This document shows, piece after piece, positions 28,717 to 41,600 of a stretch of 64,000 nt of DNA (position 1 is its first letter; every line of letters begins with the position of its first letter). The translations under genes were made by a program, and so were the position numbers. The notes beneath the pieces were generated by a model. It saw only the letters and a program-made list of their open reading frames with translations, was not told the origin of the DNA and searched no databases. The DNA comes from a virus (taxonomy: Duplodnaviria; Caudoviricetes), in the IMG/VR virus record IMGVR_UViG_3300034062_005626. One strand, 5' to 3'.

Positions 28717-31700
28717 TTATGGGAAAAATATACCATAACTATTTTTAAATTGGACAAAATATCTATTATAAATATCTTGTATGTCGGGGAACGACGAATT
28801 TACTTTGTCATTTTTTCTAGTTATAAAATCATTGGTTGTACTTGGTAAATTAACGTAGGCACCTACTCCACCTCCAGGACTAACAAATCTTCCTTCAAAC
28901 CAAAATAAAGTAAATAACGTATAGGCTTCTGCATATTTTTCAACATCTGTGGTATTTGTACTGAAAGTTTTTAGTTGTTCTATAATAGGTAAAAAACTTT
29001 GAACTTGAGCATGTATAAATTGTGTTGGTACTACAAAGTCTGAGAACGATGCATAAGGTCTAGATGATGTATCATTTTCTAATGCCGTTGTTAAACACAC
29101 TTGTTGGGATATAAGAGCATTTAAATCTGCAGTATAGTTGTTTGAAGTTGATATTTCATATAGATTATAATTTGGTGGATTACAAACAACTTGGTCAATT
29201 TTATTATTTATTCTAGTAAATGCAATACCAAAATAAAGAGGTCGTAATTTTTCTTGGGCCGCTGGAATATTTGTCGTTAATAAAGTTTTTAAATCTTCAA
29301 CCGTTATTGGTGTTATATTAATTCCAACAAATGGTGTAGTTGTAAACGTCGTCGCAGAAAGACAAATATTTTCAGGACTTTGTAACGCGCCAGGTTGTAC
29401 CGTACCTTGTTGTGTGTTTACATTTGTAATTGGTTCAGTTGTCTTAACTTCTTTTAATATCAATTCTTTGTATGCGTTTATATAATTTTGATTGACTGTG
29501 TCTAATAGACTATTTGGTTGTGGTAAACTATATCTTGATATTCTTGGACCTGAAAAAGTTGTGGAAAAACTAGTTTGAGTAATTCTATGTGATAGTGATA
29601 AAACCATGTAAGGTCCATAGAATAATGGTACATGTCTTAAGTTGAAGTACATAGTCGGTTGAATCATGGCATTACCCATCATTTCTATTTCAACATTATA
29701 ACTTCTACTTTTATATATACTATAAAGTGAAACGGATTGTTGAGCCACTTTGTCTCCTGAAACAGATGCTCCTAATTGTGCAAACATTTTATTTGATTCT
29801 GCAGTGTTTTTCTTTTCAGACATATCTACTTTAACACTTTTAAAAATACTTTGGTTTTGAGTTCCGTAATCAACGCTAAAACCTACTACTCTATTTTTTT
29901 TAGAGTAGTCTTCCTCGGGGTTAGATGGTACTCTTAATGGGTTGTCTGAAGATTTTCTTATATCAAATGTATCACTTGCAAACTTTGAAAATGAAGAATT
30001 ACTTGCAACAAACTCTGACGGTTTACCTGTATAAAGTAATAAAAATTTTGGAGATGCCTTTAAATAATCAACATCCAAAAAAGTTCCAAACAATGTTTCA
30101 GTTGCATCCACAGGTAATGGTGTACTTTTCGCCACCGCCTGCTGTATACCGTAAAAATTAACGTATGCTGGTAAAGCAAAGAAAACCATGTTGTTTTGCG
30201 AACATATTTGAGATATTAATGATAAATAATTTTGGTTGTCGTTTGATTTTAAATAACCTTTGATTTTTTCTAAGTCAATTGTAAACTCATCACCAATATC
30301 TCTACCAGCCTTGTCTTGAAATAAAAAATCTTCAAATATTGTTTTATTTAAAAAATCAGTACCAGAAATCCATTTATCATTCATTGTTTTTAAAATGGAA
30401 TATGTATCTAACTTATTAACATTACCTGAAGTTGTATTTTTGATTGTTGTTGTGTTAGTTGTTGTTGTAGGTAAATCAGTATTCAATCTATTGAAAGTCT
30501 GTGTTAAATTTTCAGCATTAAAATTTTGTTGTTGTAATAAAAAATTATTAATTGCTTGTTGGAATTTTAATTTATTTAAAGTTGCATCTTCAGATTTTTG
30601 TTTTGCAAATAATCTAATTAGTGGGAATAATGCTTCAACGTTTGCCTCTGTAAACTCAATATCCATTCCATTATTTGCCGTAAAAAAATCTGTAATTACA
30701 CTCCCCGTATCTGTATATTGGAATGGTGTTTGGTTAAAAACTCCCACATATTTTCTAAGAGAGTTCCACGCATCTCTGTTGTTTGCAATACTTGTTGCTA
30801 ATGTAGGTGAACCGACTGTTCCGTCACCAGGTAAGGAACCAGGTATATATGGATTAAGAGTTAAAGGGTTTAAAGGTTGGAATGTAGGATTGTTACTTAT
30901 ATAATTAAAAACTCTTCGTTTAAAATTACCGGGGTTACCCATTTTAAGAACACATTCAAAATTTAAAAAATCTACAACTTTTGGAAAAAAGTTAGATATT
31001 TGTTTTTCCGCCAAAAGTAAACCATCTTGTGATTCATCGTTTAGTAATGTCACGCTATTTTTTGGCACCATAAATAAGGATTCCATTTGATTGAAAAGTC
31101 GTTTTTCTGTCACATTTCTAACTGAACCAGGATTAGTATAGTTAGAGTTTGTTTGTTCTTCATTTAAAATTAAATCAGATACTGCCGGTGTTGGGTTACA
31201 AAAGTTTAAGAATAAATTTTCAAACTTATCTAAAATTTCTGGTTCAAATACCGCAAATATTTCTTCTATATTAGAATATGTTGATTGTGCATTTTTTAAT
31301 TCGAAACTTAAATTTTTACTGTTGTTCGTGTAAACAACTTTTAAATATTCATTAAATGCTGGTTTTTTAATTAAAGAATTTTTAAAATAACCAAACTGTG
31401 ATACACCCCAAAGTGGTCTAACACTTCCATTATAAACTGCCTTGTTATTAAAAACTTCTTCTTTAATTTTATTTGTCGCATCAAAACATTCAAAATTCAT
31501 TTGGTTTATATTGATTCCCCCTGTTGATGGGATTAACAAAAACTTTTGATTGCTTTCGGGATTATCAAAATAGGCGTAGTAATTTTTGTTCACAAACGCT
31601 CTGTTTGGATTTTGTAAATCAAATCCAAAGTTGTAGAATTTTCCTGAAGTTGAGTTTGTACCTATTTTTAAACCTACTGTATTATACGCATCTAAAAAAG

Positions 31701-34700
31701 ACTGATAGGTTGGTGTGTTTAAAATGGTCAAATCTTTGTTAAAGAAAAATCGATAAACATTATTAATTACTTTAGGATACACCCCTAAAGTGACATTATC
31801 CATCGTTTGATTAACATTTGGTATTAGTGTTGTTGTACTTTGTAATTTAATTTCTACTTGAGTTGTTCCGCCAGTATATGATGGAAAAATTAATTTACTA
31901 TTTGTGCTAGGTGTTGTCCCTGTTGTGTCATAACTTTTTAAATAATCAAAATCGGTCCAAATTGTATTATCTAATATGTCATTTCCTGTTTGAATAAATT
32001 TTTTGTACCTATGCCATATACTTCCATATTTTAAAACCCACGCATATGGTAATCGGTGAATTGATGAAAACTTGTTAAAGGTTGACGCCAAATAATCTAA
32101 ATCTGTTGCCACGGAACTTGTGTCATCAAAACTTTTAATTTTTTCTCTTGTTGTAATTAAAGGTAATGAATTTAAATATAAATAACCTAATGCAGCGTAA
32201 GGGTCTGAAACGTTTGTTTTTTGATTTTCAACTCCTTGAACTAAAGCATTAACAAAATATGGAGTATTCAATAATGATGTTGTTTGTATTTTTGTTGCTA
32301 CTTGACCACTATATTCATTCCCATAATCAAAAATACTTTCGGTAAAATATAAGTCTTTTTCTTTTCTTGTTGAATAAAAATTACTCAAAGAAGTTTGTGA
32401 GTTTACTGGTACACTTGTATTCAAGTTTGTCATGAAAGGTTGTGTAAAATTTTTAAACTCATACTTAGAAACAAAAACATTGATATTTTTAGTGTTTTCT
32501 GTTTCGTTTACCCTCGCTATTGTTTTTTTCTCATCTAAATAAACATAACTTGATGTTTTATTAAAATCGTTTATTGATGAAATACTATCACCTCCTTGTA
32601 AATTTGACTTTAACCAATTAACATTTGTTATTGGGTAGTTGTCTAAAAAATAAGTGTCGGTGGCTGGCATACCGTTTATAAAATTTTTAATTGAGTCAGG
32701 TAATGGTACATTCCCGTCTATGGCAATTGATGAATTAGATAATGTGTCAATACTATAAACCTCATTATAAACATCAACGTTTTGTGTTCCATCATTTAAT
32801 TCTAATAAATTTTTTATGTACTCTGTGGTAAAAACTGAGTCAGAATAAAGTGTCCATCTTGTACCAGTACCATTATTTGAAATTTTTCTTAATGTTTGTA
32901 AAAAATTGACGTAGGTGAATGAAAATTCTTTTAAAATTTTAGTGAGTGCCAAATTACTTTGTACTGTTTGTTTTATATTTTCAGCCTCTAAATTTCCCAA
33001 GAAAACAGGTATTTGTTCTTGGTTATATCCATTTCTATTTAATTTAGCATAATACGCACCTAAATAACTTCTTTCAAAAATTTCATATAAATAACTTTGT
33101 TCTTGAGTATTAACGTATGGTGTTGTTTTGAATGGAAATTCTACTGCATTTATAGATAAAACTTTACTTAACGATGCGGGATTATTATATACATTTGCAG
33201 ATTTTGGTGTTGTTTTTTGTGCTATTGCATTAATGTATTCCTCAGTAAACGCAACTTCGGGCCATACAACACTATCGAATCCTTTTGTGGTGTTTATAAC
33301 TGAACTGTCACCAGGGTATTTTATAACGTATAACTCTGAACCATCTTTTTGGGCTTCTTTTAAAAAATATTGTGGCCAAGGATAAACAACATTTAAATCG
33401 TTAAGTTGATTTGTACCGTTTACCAAATTTTTAGAATCTACTCCAAAATTTTTTGATGCCGGTATAATTGATTCTAACCTTATTGGGTTTGTTCTTTGAT
33501 TCCATGCGCTTGTGTGGGTGTCTTCCATAAGTCTATAAAACCCATCTAATCCGGCAAATAAAACTGCCATAACGTTTCTTATAGTAGGTAAAAATCCTAA
33601 AACATTTGGTCCGTTTACTACTTGGTCACTTAAAAACTGAGTGAGAGATTTTTCTATTTCTACATTTTTTTTATTTAACTCATCATTAATTTTTTGAATC
33701 TTATCTAAAAAACTATTTGCAATATAATTGTTGGAACTTCCAACTTTATCACCAAATTTGTAATATTGGGGAAAATCATTAACCACAGTGTTGGTTAATG
33801 TGTCAAGTAAAAAATTTGGATTAAGACTTTTAAAGTCGGCAATAGATTTATTTAACTGATTGTCTGTTGGATTAGTTCCAAAATTAACAACATATGTTTC
33901 TCTAAAATCCGCGTCGGTTAATGTGTTATAATCTATCTCTTCAAAAATATCATTAATTGAAAATTTAATCGGTATTTCACCAGGTATATTTCCCTTATCA
34001 GGTAATTTATACTGTCCTCCCGTTCCAAAACTTTTGTTATTTTTTAATAAAGTAACATAGTTGTTTATTGCAGTTTCAACACGTTGTTTATATTTTGCTC
34101 TATCTGCAAATGAAATGTTTTCTAAATATGGGTAATAAATTTGTCCTTTGTATAATTTTTCTGATGTATCTAAAAAGTCAGTTATTGAATTGGCGTAGAC
34201 TTCGTTTCTTAATTTATTTAAGTTTGTCTGAAAATCAGCAACATCATTCATTACTGTAAAATCTGCCTTTTTTAATGCGTCCGCTAATGCTGTAGGTAGG
34301 TTTTCTATTCGGGCAATAAATTCCTCTAAAGTTATTTCAGGAAAATCTGGAGTAATTAATCCCTTACTTTTATAAATAGAATAAGCTTCTCTCATTTTTT
34401 GTAACCCTACTGATTCAACAACGGTGGTTGAGTTGTTTGTATTTACACCATTATTTGAAGAGTTTGAAGTACTTTGAGTAACCACAGTTTCTGTTTGAAA
34501 CATTTTTGGTGAGTTTCTAGCATATCCTATTATACTATCAGCAAGTATCGCACTGTTTCTACTTAAAAGTTTAAGAGTAATTTTAAAATTACCACTTGAC
34601 GCTTCGAAACTCGCATTGAAATCCGTTAAACTTAATTGGTACCTAATTGCCTTCCCATAATATCCTTTTAAGGTTAAAAAAAACGGAGGATATGGTAAGT

Positions 34701-35292
34701 TAAAAAAAACAGAATATAATGAATTATCTCCTTGTTCAAATAAAGCTCGACCTCTAATGTCTTCCATTTGTATTGTTACATTTGTCACATTAGCTGGTGT
34801 TACGTCAACAGTTATTTCTGTAATACCTAAAGTTTGAGTATCTTCATAGTTTAAAACTTTTTGTTTAAAAACAGCATTTCCATCTTGATTAATTTGATAT
34901 TCGGAGTTTTGATTAATTCCTTGACCTTGTCTAACGCCTCTACCTGTAAATTCATCCGACCAACTTGTATCAAATGCTTTTTTACCTTTGGGTCTTAAAA
35001 AATTAAGTTTCAAATCTTCAGGGAAAGTAGATAAGGATGCAATTTGTGAATTATAAACAGGATTATCAAAACTATCACCAATTGCTAATTTTGTTCTTGG
35101 TATAATTTGTGTTTCTAAATTTGCGTAAAAAACAAGATTTTCTTGTTGAACGTATCTATCTTTAACGTTGTTGTCTGCATCAACAACTTTGTTAGGGTCA
35201 ATTAAAATAATATTATCGTAGTCGGCTTCGACTAGAATTTTATTTTCTTTGTTATATATCTGTCTGAATTTTGTTGGGTCATTAACGGCCAT
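28717..35292 (-). CDS. Giant baseplate hub protein (T4 gp27 / gpD-like termini with very large insertion)
   Basis: 2191 aa. N-terminal LGITEITV...VTIQMEDIRG..LF and C-terminal NVEIEMMGNAMIQPTMYFNL..VPLFYGPYMV..LSHRI...FSTTFSGPR resemble hub beta-barrels; position after the LysM/gp53-like gene fits. Confidence 0.65.
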   Translation of the reverse strand: MAVNDPTKFRQIYNKENKILVEADYDNIILIDPNKVVDADNNVKDRYVQQENLVFYANLETQIIPRTKLAIGDSFDNPVYNSQIASLSTFPEDLKLNFLRPKGKKAFDTSWSDEFTGRGVRQGQGINQNSEYQINQDGNAVFKQKVLNYEDTQTLGITEITVDVTPANVTNVTIQMEDIRGRALFEQGDNSLYSVFFNLPYPPFFLTLKGYYGKAIRYQLSLTDFNASFEASSGNFKITLKLLSRNSAILADSIIGYARNSPKMFQTETVVTQSTSNSSNNGVNTNNSTTVVESVGLQKMREAYSIYKSKGLITPDFPEITLEEFIARIENLPTALADALKKADFTVMNDVADFQTNLNKLRNEVYANSITDFLDTSEKLYKGQIYYPYLENISFADRAKYKQRVETAINNYVTLLKNNKSFGTGGQYKLPDKGNIPGEIPIKFSINDIFEEIDYNTLTDADFRETYVVNFGTNPTDNQLNKSIADFKSLNPNFLLDTLTNTVVNDFPQYYKFGDKVGSSNNYIANSFLDKIQKINDELNKKNVEIEKSLTQFLSDQVVNGPNVLGFLPTIRNVMAVLFAGLDGFYRLMEDTHTSAWNQRTNPIRLESIIPASKNFGVDSKNLVNGTNQLNDLNVVYPWPQYFLKEAQKDGSELYVIKYPGDSSVINTTKGFDSVVWPEVAFTEEYINAIAQKTTPKSANVYNNPASLSKVLSINAVEFPFKTTPYVNTQEQSYLYEIFERSYLGAYYAKLNRNGYNQEQIPVFLGNLEAENIKQTVQSNLALTKILKEFSFTYVNFLQTLRKISNNGTGTRWTLYSDSVFTTEYIKNLLELNDGTQNVDVYNEVYSIDTLSNSSIAIDGNVPLPDSIKNFINGMPATDTYFLDNYPITNVNWLKSNLQGGDSISSINDFNKTSSYVYLDEKKTIARVNETENTKNINVFVSKYEFKNFTQPFMTNLNTSVPVNSQTSLSNFYSTRKEKDLYFTESIFDYGNEYSGQVATKIQTTSLLNTPYFVNALVQGVENQKTNVSDPYAALGYLYLNSLPLITTREKIKSFDDTSSVATDLDYLASTFNKFSSIHRLPYAWVLKYGSIWHRYKKFIQTGNDILDNTIWTDFDYLKSYDTTGTTPSTNSKLIFPSYTGGTTQVEIKLQSTTTLIPNVNQTMDNVTLGVYPKVINNVYRFFFNKDLTILNTPTYQSFLDAYNTVGLKIGTNSTSGKFYNFGFDLQNPNRAFVNKNYYAYFDNPESNQKFLLIPSTGGININQMNFECFDATNKIKEEVFNNKAVYNGSVRPLWGVSQFGYFKNSLIKKPAFNEYLKVVYTNNSKNLSFELKNAQSTYSNIEEIFAVFEPEILDKFENLFLNFCNPTPAVSDLILNEEQTNSNYTNPGSVRNVTEKRLFNQMESLFMVPKNSVTLLNDESQDGLLLAEKQISNFFPKVVDFLNFECVLKMGNPGNFKRRVFNYISNNPTFQPLNPLTLNPYIPGSLPGDGTVGSPTLATSIANNRDAWNSLRKYVGVFNQTPFQYTDTGSVITDFFTANNGMDIEFTEANVEALFPLIRLFAKQKSEDATLNKLKFQQAINNFLLQQQNFNAENLTQTFNRLNTDLPTTTTNTTTIKNTTSGNVNKLDTYSILKTMNDKWISGTDFLNKTIFEDFLFQDKAGRDIGDEFTIDLEKIKGYLKSNDNQNYLSLISQICSQNNMVFFALPAYVNFYGIQQAVAKSTPLPVDATETLFGTFLDVDYLKASPKFLLLYTGKPSEFVASNSSFSKFASDTFDIRKSSDNPLRVPSNPEEDYSKKNRVVGFSVDYGTQNQSIFKSVKVDMSEKKNTAESNKMFAQLGASVSGDKVAQQSVSLYSIYKSRSYNVEIEMMGNAMIQPTMYFNLRHVPLFYGPYMVLSLSHRITQTSFSTTFSGPRISRYSLPQPNSLLDTVNQNYINAYKELILKEVKTTEPITNVNTQQGTVQPGALQSPENICLSATTFTTTPFVGINITPITVEDLKTLLTTNIPAAQEKLRPLYFGIAFTRINNKIDQVVCNPPNYNLYEISTSNNYTADLNALISQQVCLTTALENDTSSRPYASFSDFVVPTQFIHAQVQSFLPIIEQLKTFSTNTTDVEKYAEAYTLFTLFWFEGRFVSPGGGVGAYVNLPSTTNDFITRKNDKVNSSFPDIQDIYNRYFVQFKNSYGIFFP

Positions 35293-35599
35293 AATAAAAA
35301 ATATGTGTATCTAATGCACTTTTGTAGCCTTGTAGAGCACTTATTAATGGGAATGGTATTATTAATACCGCACCGTCAGGAATATTTGTTTCTAAACCAC
35401 CATATATTGGATTTGCAGTTAATATTAACCAACCAAAATATGGTGTTCCATATTTTTCATAACTTATTTTATCTAATCTACTTTTATTTTTTGTGTAAAT
35501 GTATCTTTGGTCTGACGCTCTGACGGGTAGATTAACAAATGGAACTACCGTCTGTTGACCGTTAATTAAAAAATTTTGGTATCTGTTGTAGTATTGCAT
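35282..35599 (-). CDS. LysM-like baseplate wedge protein (T4 gp53 / P2 gpX-like)
   Basis: 105 aa; RLDKISYEKYGTPYFGWLILTANP; canonical position between tube initiator and hub. Confidence 0.75.
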   Translation of the reverse strand: MQYYNRYQNFLINGQQTVVPFVNLPVRASDQRYIYTKNKSRLDKISYEKYGTPYFGWLILTANPIYGGLETNIPDGAVLIIPFPLISALQGYKSALDTHIFYYGR

Positions 35600-35600
35600 A

Positions 35601-38600
35601 TTAGTCGAATGAAACTTTTAAGTTATATTCATCACCTGTAGAATTAGTTGATGCGTTTAGGGCTTTCATGTTGTCAATTTCTGTTTGTGCTGGAAATAAT
35701 ACTTGAGAAAAATTTAGTTTTCTTTCCTTATCTTTATTTAAATTATAACTACATGTTGAACAAAATTCTTTACTTAAAAAATTATCTTCGAAACTTTTAA
35801 ATCTTGCATCAACAAAAGCTTTTGAATCTTTATATTTTGCGTAAGGTCCTGTTGGTATTTCTTGTCCCGTATTTGTAAAACCTAAATTACCTTTAAGATA
35901 ATTAAACCAGTCGGTTTTTCTTTCATTGTTTGAAATTGTATCGACGACTTCATTTAAAAATTTGGTATAGTCATCAATAATTTCTTTACCGAATATCATA
36001 AAAAATCTATTTTCTTCAGGACTTATCGCATCTGGGTCCGAATCTATAAAGGTATTGAAATCAAACTCATCGTTATATACTTCATCTTGAGCGGTTGGAA
36101 TCAGACTATATGTTTCTAAGTTGTTATTAAATGTGCTCATTTTGGTTCCAACAATTAATAAGTCTCCTTTTAACTCATCCAAAGTATTTGCGTATGTCGT
36201 ATTAGATGGGTCAACCGCAGAAGTACCTGTCAAAGAAAAAACAATTACTTCATTTTTATCGTTAGAATAACCATCGAAAGAATTACACACATAATTTAAT
36301 TGGTCTAATAAATCAATTGTTTTAGTTTCATCAACTTGATTTTTTACAATGTTGTTAGACGCCTCAGTTATAATAGACAGGTAAGTTGACTGTCGACTAT
36401 CTATCATATCTTTAAGTTTTCTTTTAATTTTTCTTGTCGATATATTTGTAAAATTCTGTAGAGGTAAACTAGCCAATATCGGGCTTGTTTCATTTTCTAC
36501 ATCTTCTTTTGCTTTAGAAAACAACGCATCAACTTTATTTTCATACTGACTTTTTCCAAATATTTTTACTAAGTTAGTTTGTGGTTGATTGATGTTATTA
36601 AAATATCCCGTTTGGTATTTTCTATCTTTTGTAAAAATTAAAATTCCTCCAATCAATAACTTATCATTTATATTTTTTAAATTTTGAAAAACACTATTTG
36701 CATATTCTTTGGTTATGTCTATAAAATTTTTCATATTTTCTTTATATGATAAAACACCTGTAAATCCACTTAATGTTGTATCATATTTAGATGATTCTTG
36801 TTTTCCAATTGTAGTTCCAATTTTATTTTGTTGGTTTTGCTGTGGTCTTGTCAATGGGTTTATTTTCAAAGCTTCAAAATATTCTGCATCATACTGTGAT
36901 GTTACATCTTCGGTTATTGTCGCCCTTTCATCATACATTTCAGTATTTGCATAATAATTAAATGAAAGGGCGTTTTGAAGTTCGGCTATCGGACCCGCCA
37001 ATCCATGACCACCTATCATTTTAAATCCTAATGTTATGCTTGCAAACATAGGTTGAACGCCTATTCCTTCAGGATTCAAATCTAACGGTATATTTGAATT
37101 AAGTTCATATTTTATATCTAACCTATCAGGTATTATTTTAGTGTGGAAAAAATCACCAATCCTTAATACCAAAACAGGTGGTGCACCAAATGCACTGTTA
37201 AAGGCGTCGTTATAATCTAAACTATATGTTCCTGCCGCATTTTGTGAAACAGTTGGAATTGTATCTCCTGGTCTTACACATTGTTGTAAAAATGTTAATC
37301 TTGAGTTTAGACCTTCAGGAGTAATAGAGTGGAAAACAGGATTAAAATACTGAAACTTACTTCTAATTGTGTCATAAATAAATGGATTTGTCTCTTTAAC
37401 CATTTGAAAATAATTACACTCTGTAAGTAACCTTCTTAATATTTTTTTCGCCAAATCTTTATATTGTGGTGTTTGTTTAAAGTTGTCAATTACTTGGTTT
37501 TGTGGTGTTGGTTTCGGTGCTGTACTTTCAGCAGCGGTAGGATTTGGAGCAGCAGACTCTACTTGTGAAGGTGGTGTTTCTGATTTTGCGGGTGGTCCTG
37601 GTTTATATACAATTTTTTCAATTTTTACTCTTCTACATGCCATTGCCTGTACAGAATAAATTCCTTCTTCGTATTGTGATTTAAATGGTTTGGTACAATC
37701 AATTTGTGAATATTTAGGGTCTTGAATTGCAGCACTTGAGCCCGTCGCTTTAGCATTTATTTTTAGTTTTCCTGAATCTATAAATGATTTTAAAGTTTTA
37801 TTATTTACTGTAAACTTTTCAATAAACTTTAAAACCGCATCGTTTCTTCTTTCAGACAAATTTTGATTACCACTGGTATTTGTTGAGCTGGCAGTTGCCA
37901 ATAAGTCAAAAGTGACTTCTCCACCTGAGTCTAAAACTTTAAATACTTCACTTAAAAACTCTTTTAAATCATTAAACTCTTGTAATATATTATCAAAAAA
38001 TCCACTAAGGGTTTGTTTTCTTGTGTCAACATATTCGGTTAATGAAAAAGTAGGAGTTGTTGTTGTGTTAAGAGCCACTTTATTTGCGTCACTATATTTA
38101 AAAACTTTATTAAGTGGTTTTGTTGTGTCATATAATGTTTTATTTGACACATATTCATTATACCAATATTCAAAATCTTTACTTGTTGTTGAACTACTTG
38201 AATCGTTAGGTTGGGCGTTTTCAAAAAACAAAAATATTTCTTGAAACTTTGGGTCTGAAATTTTTGTTTCAGTTTCTGGTGGTGTTGTTTTTACAATTTC
38301 TTCTTTTACAGGTTCGGGGTCAGGTGTTTCTTTTACTATGGTTGTTGCTTGTTCAGGATATTTTATTAGTTGAATAGCGGTTTGAATATCCTGTGGGGCT
38401 AAAGATGCGAATCTTTGACCTAATGTATAAATGTCATATTTTAAACACCCTGCAAAAAATGAATCCATAACTTTTTTCAATTCTGACTCAGGTTTTATAT
38501 CTTTCAACTCTTGGTCCACTAAAATGTTTGAGATAGAGGGATGGTCAACTATAATGTCAAAAGATAATGACCCATTTCTTTCAGTACTATTATATGTGTA

Positions 38601-41600
38601 TATGGGTTCTGGTCTACCTATGAAATTTGTATTACTGAAGTCGGGTCTTGTGTCTTCACTAAATGTCAAGTTATATGGAGGAAACCACATAATTCTACCA
38701 CCATTGGGTCCTCTTTCACAAGCCGGTAAATCTTGTACGGTAAAACCAGGTTTGTTTGATGTTCTCCAAGCCAAATTTTCTAACGAAAGCATATATTTTT
38801 TAACCTGACCATTAATAATATTTGACGATTGTCCGTTTTTATCATTGAATGGTACAATATTAAGGTTATATGTATTATCTAAAACTGAATAGGTATAATT
38901 TCTAATATTACCATCCGTTTTTTGTAGTTGTGAATAATTTGTAAAAGGAACATCTTTTGTAAATAATCTACAATATTCATATCCTTTTATTGTACTGTCT
39001 GTACTACCTACTGAGTTTTTTGAAGTATATCTAATAACTCGAGAACCTTTTGTCATTTCAACATATCCATCATTAAAAACTTTAGATATTTGATTTATCG
39101 CAGTACCAACGTGTTCTAATTTTTTAATTCCTGACCTGTCTGCAGAATCAACAATTTTTTGAGTTGTGTCTAAAATTGAACCGTCTCTCCATACATTGTT
39201 TTCTTCTATTTTCCAAGACTCAGTATCTTTGAACGCTGACTCATAATTTTTTGTAAATACGCTACTTTCACCAAATCTTTGTTTTCCTTCAGGACCTGCT
39301 AATTGTCCTGTTTTAAAATATGATTTTTTAGAAGACCATGTGAATCCACCAGCTAAAGGTGTTGTACCATCTATATAATTTCTAGTGTTGAGACCAAATT
39401 TATAATTTTGAAACGCTTCACCTTCAAAATACTTTCCTATTTCACCCACTGAGTAAACAGGTGCACCACTAGGTTCTCCGTTCCTGTCTAGGGGTTGAGC
39501 ATTAACTGGAGATATTAAAGTAGAAAATATATCATCAGAATTACCACCACCATAAAATTCAGGGGATGGGGCAAATAAAGAAGGTCTTCTTAAAGTTAGA
39601 CCTCTATAATCAGGTCTATATAAATTATAAAACAATTGCCCAAACAATAGACTTCTTGTTGCGTTAGATGTGTTGGCTAAAAAAAGTTCAGACCCTCTTT
39701 TGTTTTTTTGACCTGTTATTGTTCTAATTGCTCCCATAACAGTACTTGTCACAACTTCAACTGGGTTTTCAACAAGTCTATTTAACATACGTTTATTTGG
39801 GTAGTCAAAATATTCTCCAACTATAATGGAATACGGTGAATATAATCCTGCTATTTTAGCTGTAAAATTCAACGCTCTTCCAACTAATGATTCAGGTGAT
39901 GTAATTGTATAATTTCTAGCTAATAACGGAATATTTCCTGATATTATTCCCGCTGCGTCAAATGGGTTAAGGTTTGGTTTTACTGATATTTCACCACTAT
40001 CGGGGTCAACCGATGAGTCAAGAGCATTAACTCTACCTAAAGTTTGAGACAACAACTCACTTGCAATTCTATACTTATATTCTTTTTTTAATTGTCTTGC
40101 ACCAATTCCCGCTAATGCGGAATCCTGTGACAAAGTACCATCAGAACCTCTTGGGTTGTCGCTTAATAATATATTAATAGGTCTATAGGTTGAAGGTATA
40201 AAATTTAAAGGTGTTAATGAATATGCATATGCACTTCCATAACTTGTTGGTATAATTTCATCAATTGTTATTACATCATAGTCTCCATCACCTGTTACAT
40301 ATTTATTTCTAACATATGCCTCTTGTTCTTTTTGAAATCCAATAACTTCTAATCCACTACCTTTAGTATCGGGAAAACCATATTCACCTTCATTTGACAA
40401 TTTACCCAAATTTACATTGATGTCTACTGAATCTGTTGGTTGATTTTCAGGGTTATATTGATTTACACTAAATAAAAAAGGTCTTTCATTTTCACCTTTA
40501 ATTTCTAATTCACTGTCCAGTGTGTCAGGAAAACCATAATTACCTTCGTTGGCGTTTGTTTGTAAATTTAAATTTGGAACTACAGTAGTTTGAGATTGTC
40601 CTTGTTCAGGTCCATATTGATTTATGGCAAATAATATGGGTCTATCGGTTTCACCTTTAATTTCTAACTCACTATTAATTGTGTCTGTAAAGTCATATTC
40701 TTTTTCGTTAGATTTTGTTTGCTTATTAATAAATGGGAATACAGTATCTAAAAAACCACCACCAGGACCATATTGGTTTAATGGGTATAAGGTATTTCTA
40801 TTTTGTTCACCATCTTGTTCTAATTCGCTATTTATCGTATCAGGGAAACCATATTCACCTTCATTTGAACCCAAAGATAATATGTTATTAATTGAATATT
40901 TTGTCGCTCCGTACCCAGGGGTAGACGCGTCAGGTGTATATTTATTTAAAACTCTTAAAATAACTTCCCTATCATTACCGTTTGTTTCTAATCTATTGTT
41001 TACAGTATCAGAAATATTGTACTCTCCCGCACCTACAGTTTGAATAACTTGGTTATTTTGAATACTATAAACAGGTGTTCCAAAACCATTATTACTAGTA
41101 TTTTTATAAACGTTTAATACTTTTAACGCAATTTCTTGTTGATTACCAATAGAATTTAAAAAACTGTTGATTGTATCGGCGATAGTATATTCACCTTGTC
41201 CATTTGTTACAAAAGGTTTTAAATCATTAATTGAATAAACAGGCGTACCAAAACCATTAATTGCAGAATTTTTATACGCATTTCTTACTTTAGATAAAAT
41301 TTCTTGTTGGTTTCCTATACTATCTAAAAAACTATTTATTGTATCCGAAATACTATATTCACCCTCTCCTCTTGATTGAATTGTTTGATTATTATTAATG
41401 TACCATACAGTATCACCAAAACCACGGTCATTTGTGTTAAGTGGTTTATAAAGGTTTGTTACAATTAATTCTTTTTCTTTTGTATCACCAATTTTTTCTA
41501 AATCACTTCCAACAGTTAAAGGGTAACCATATTTACCTTTATTTGTTTCTGTTTGTAAATTTTTGTTAATTTCTATGGTATTACCATATGATGTTTCAAA

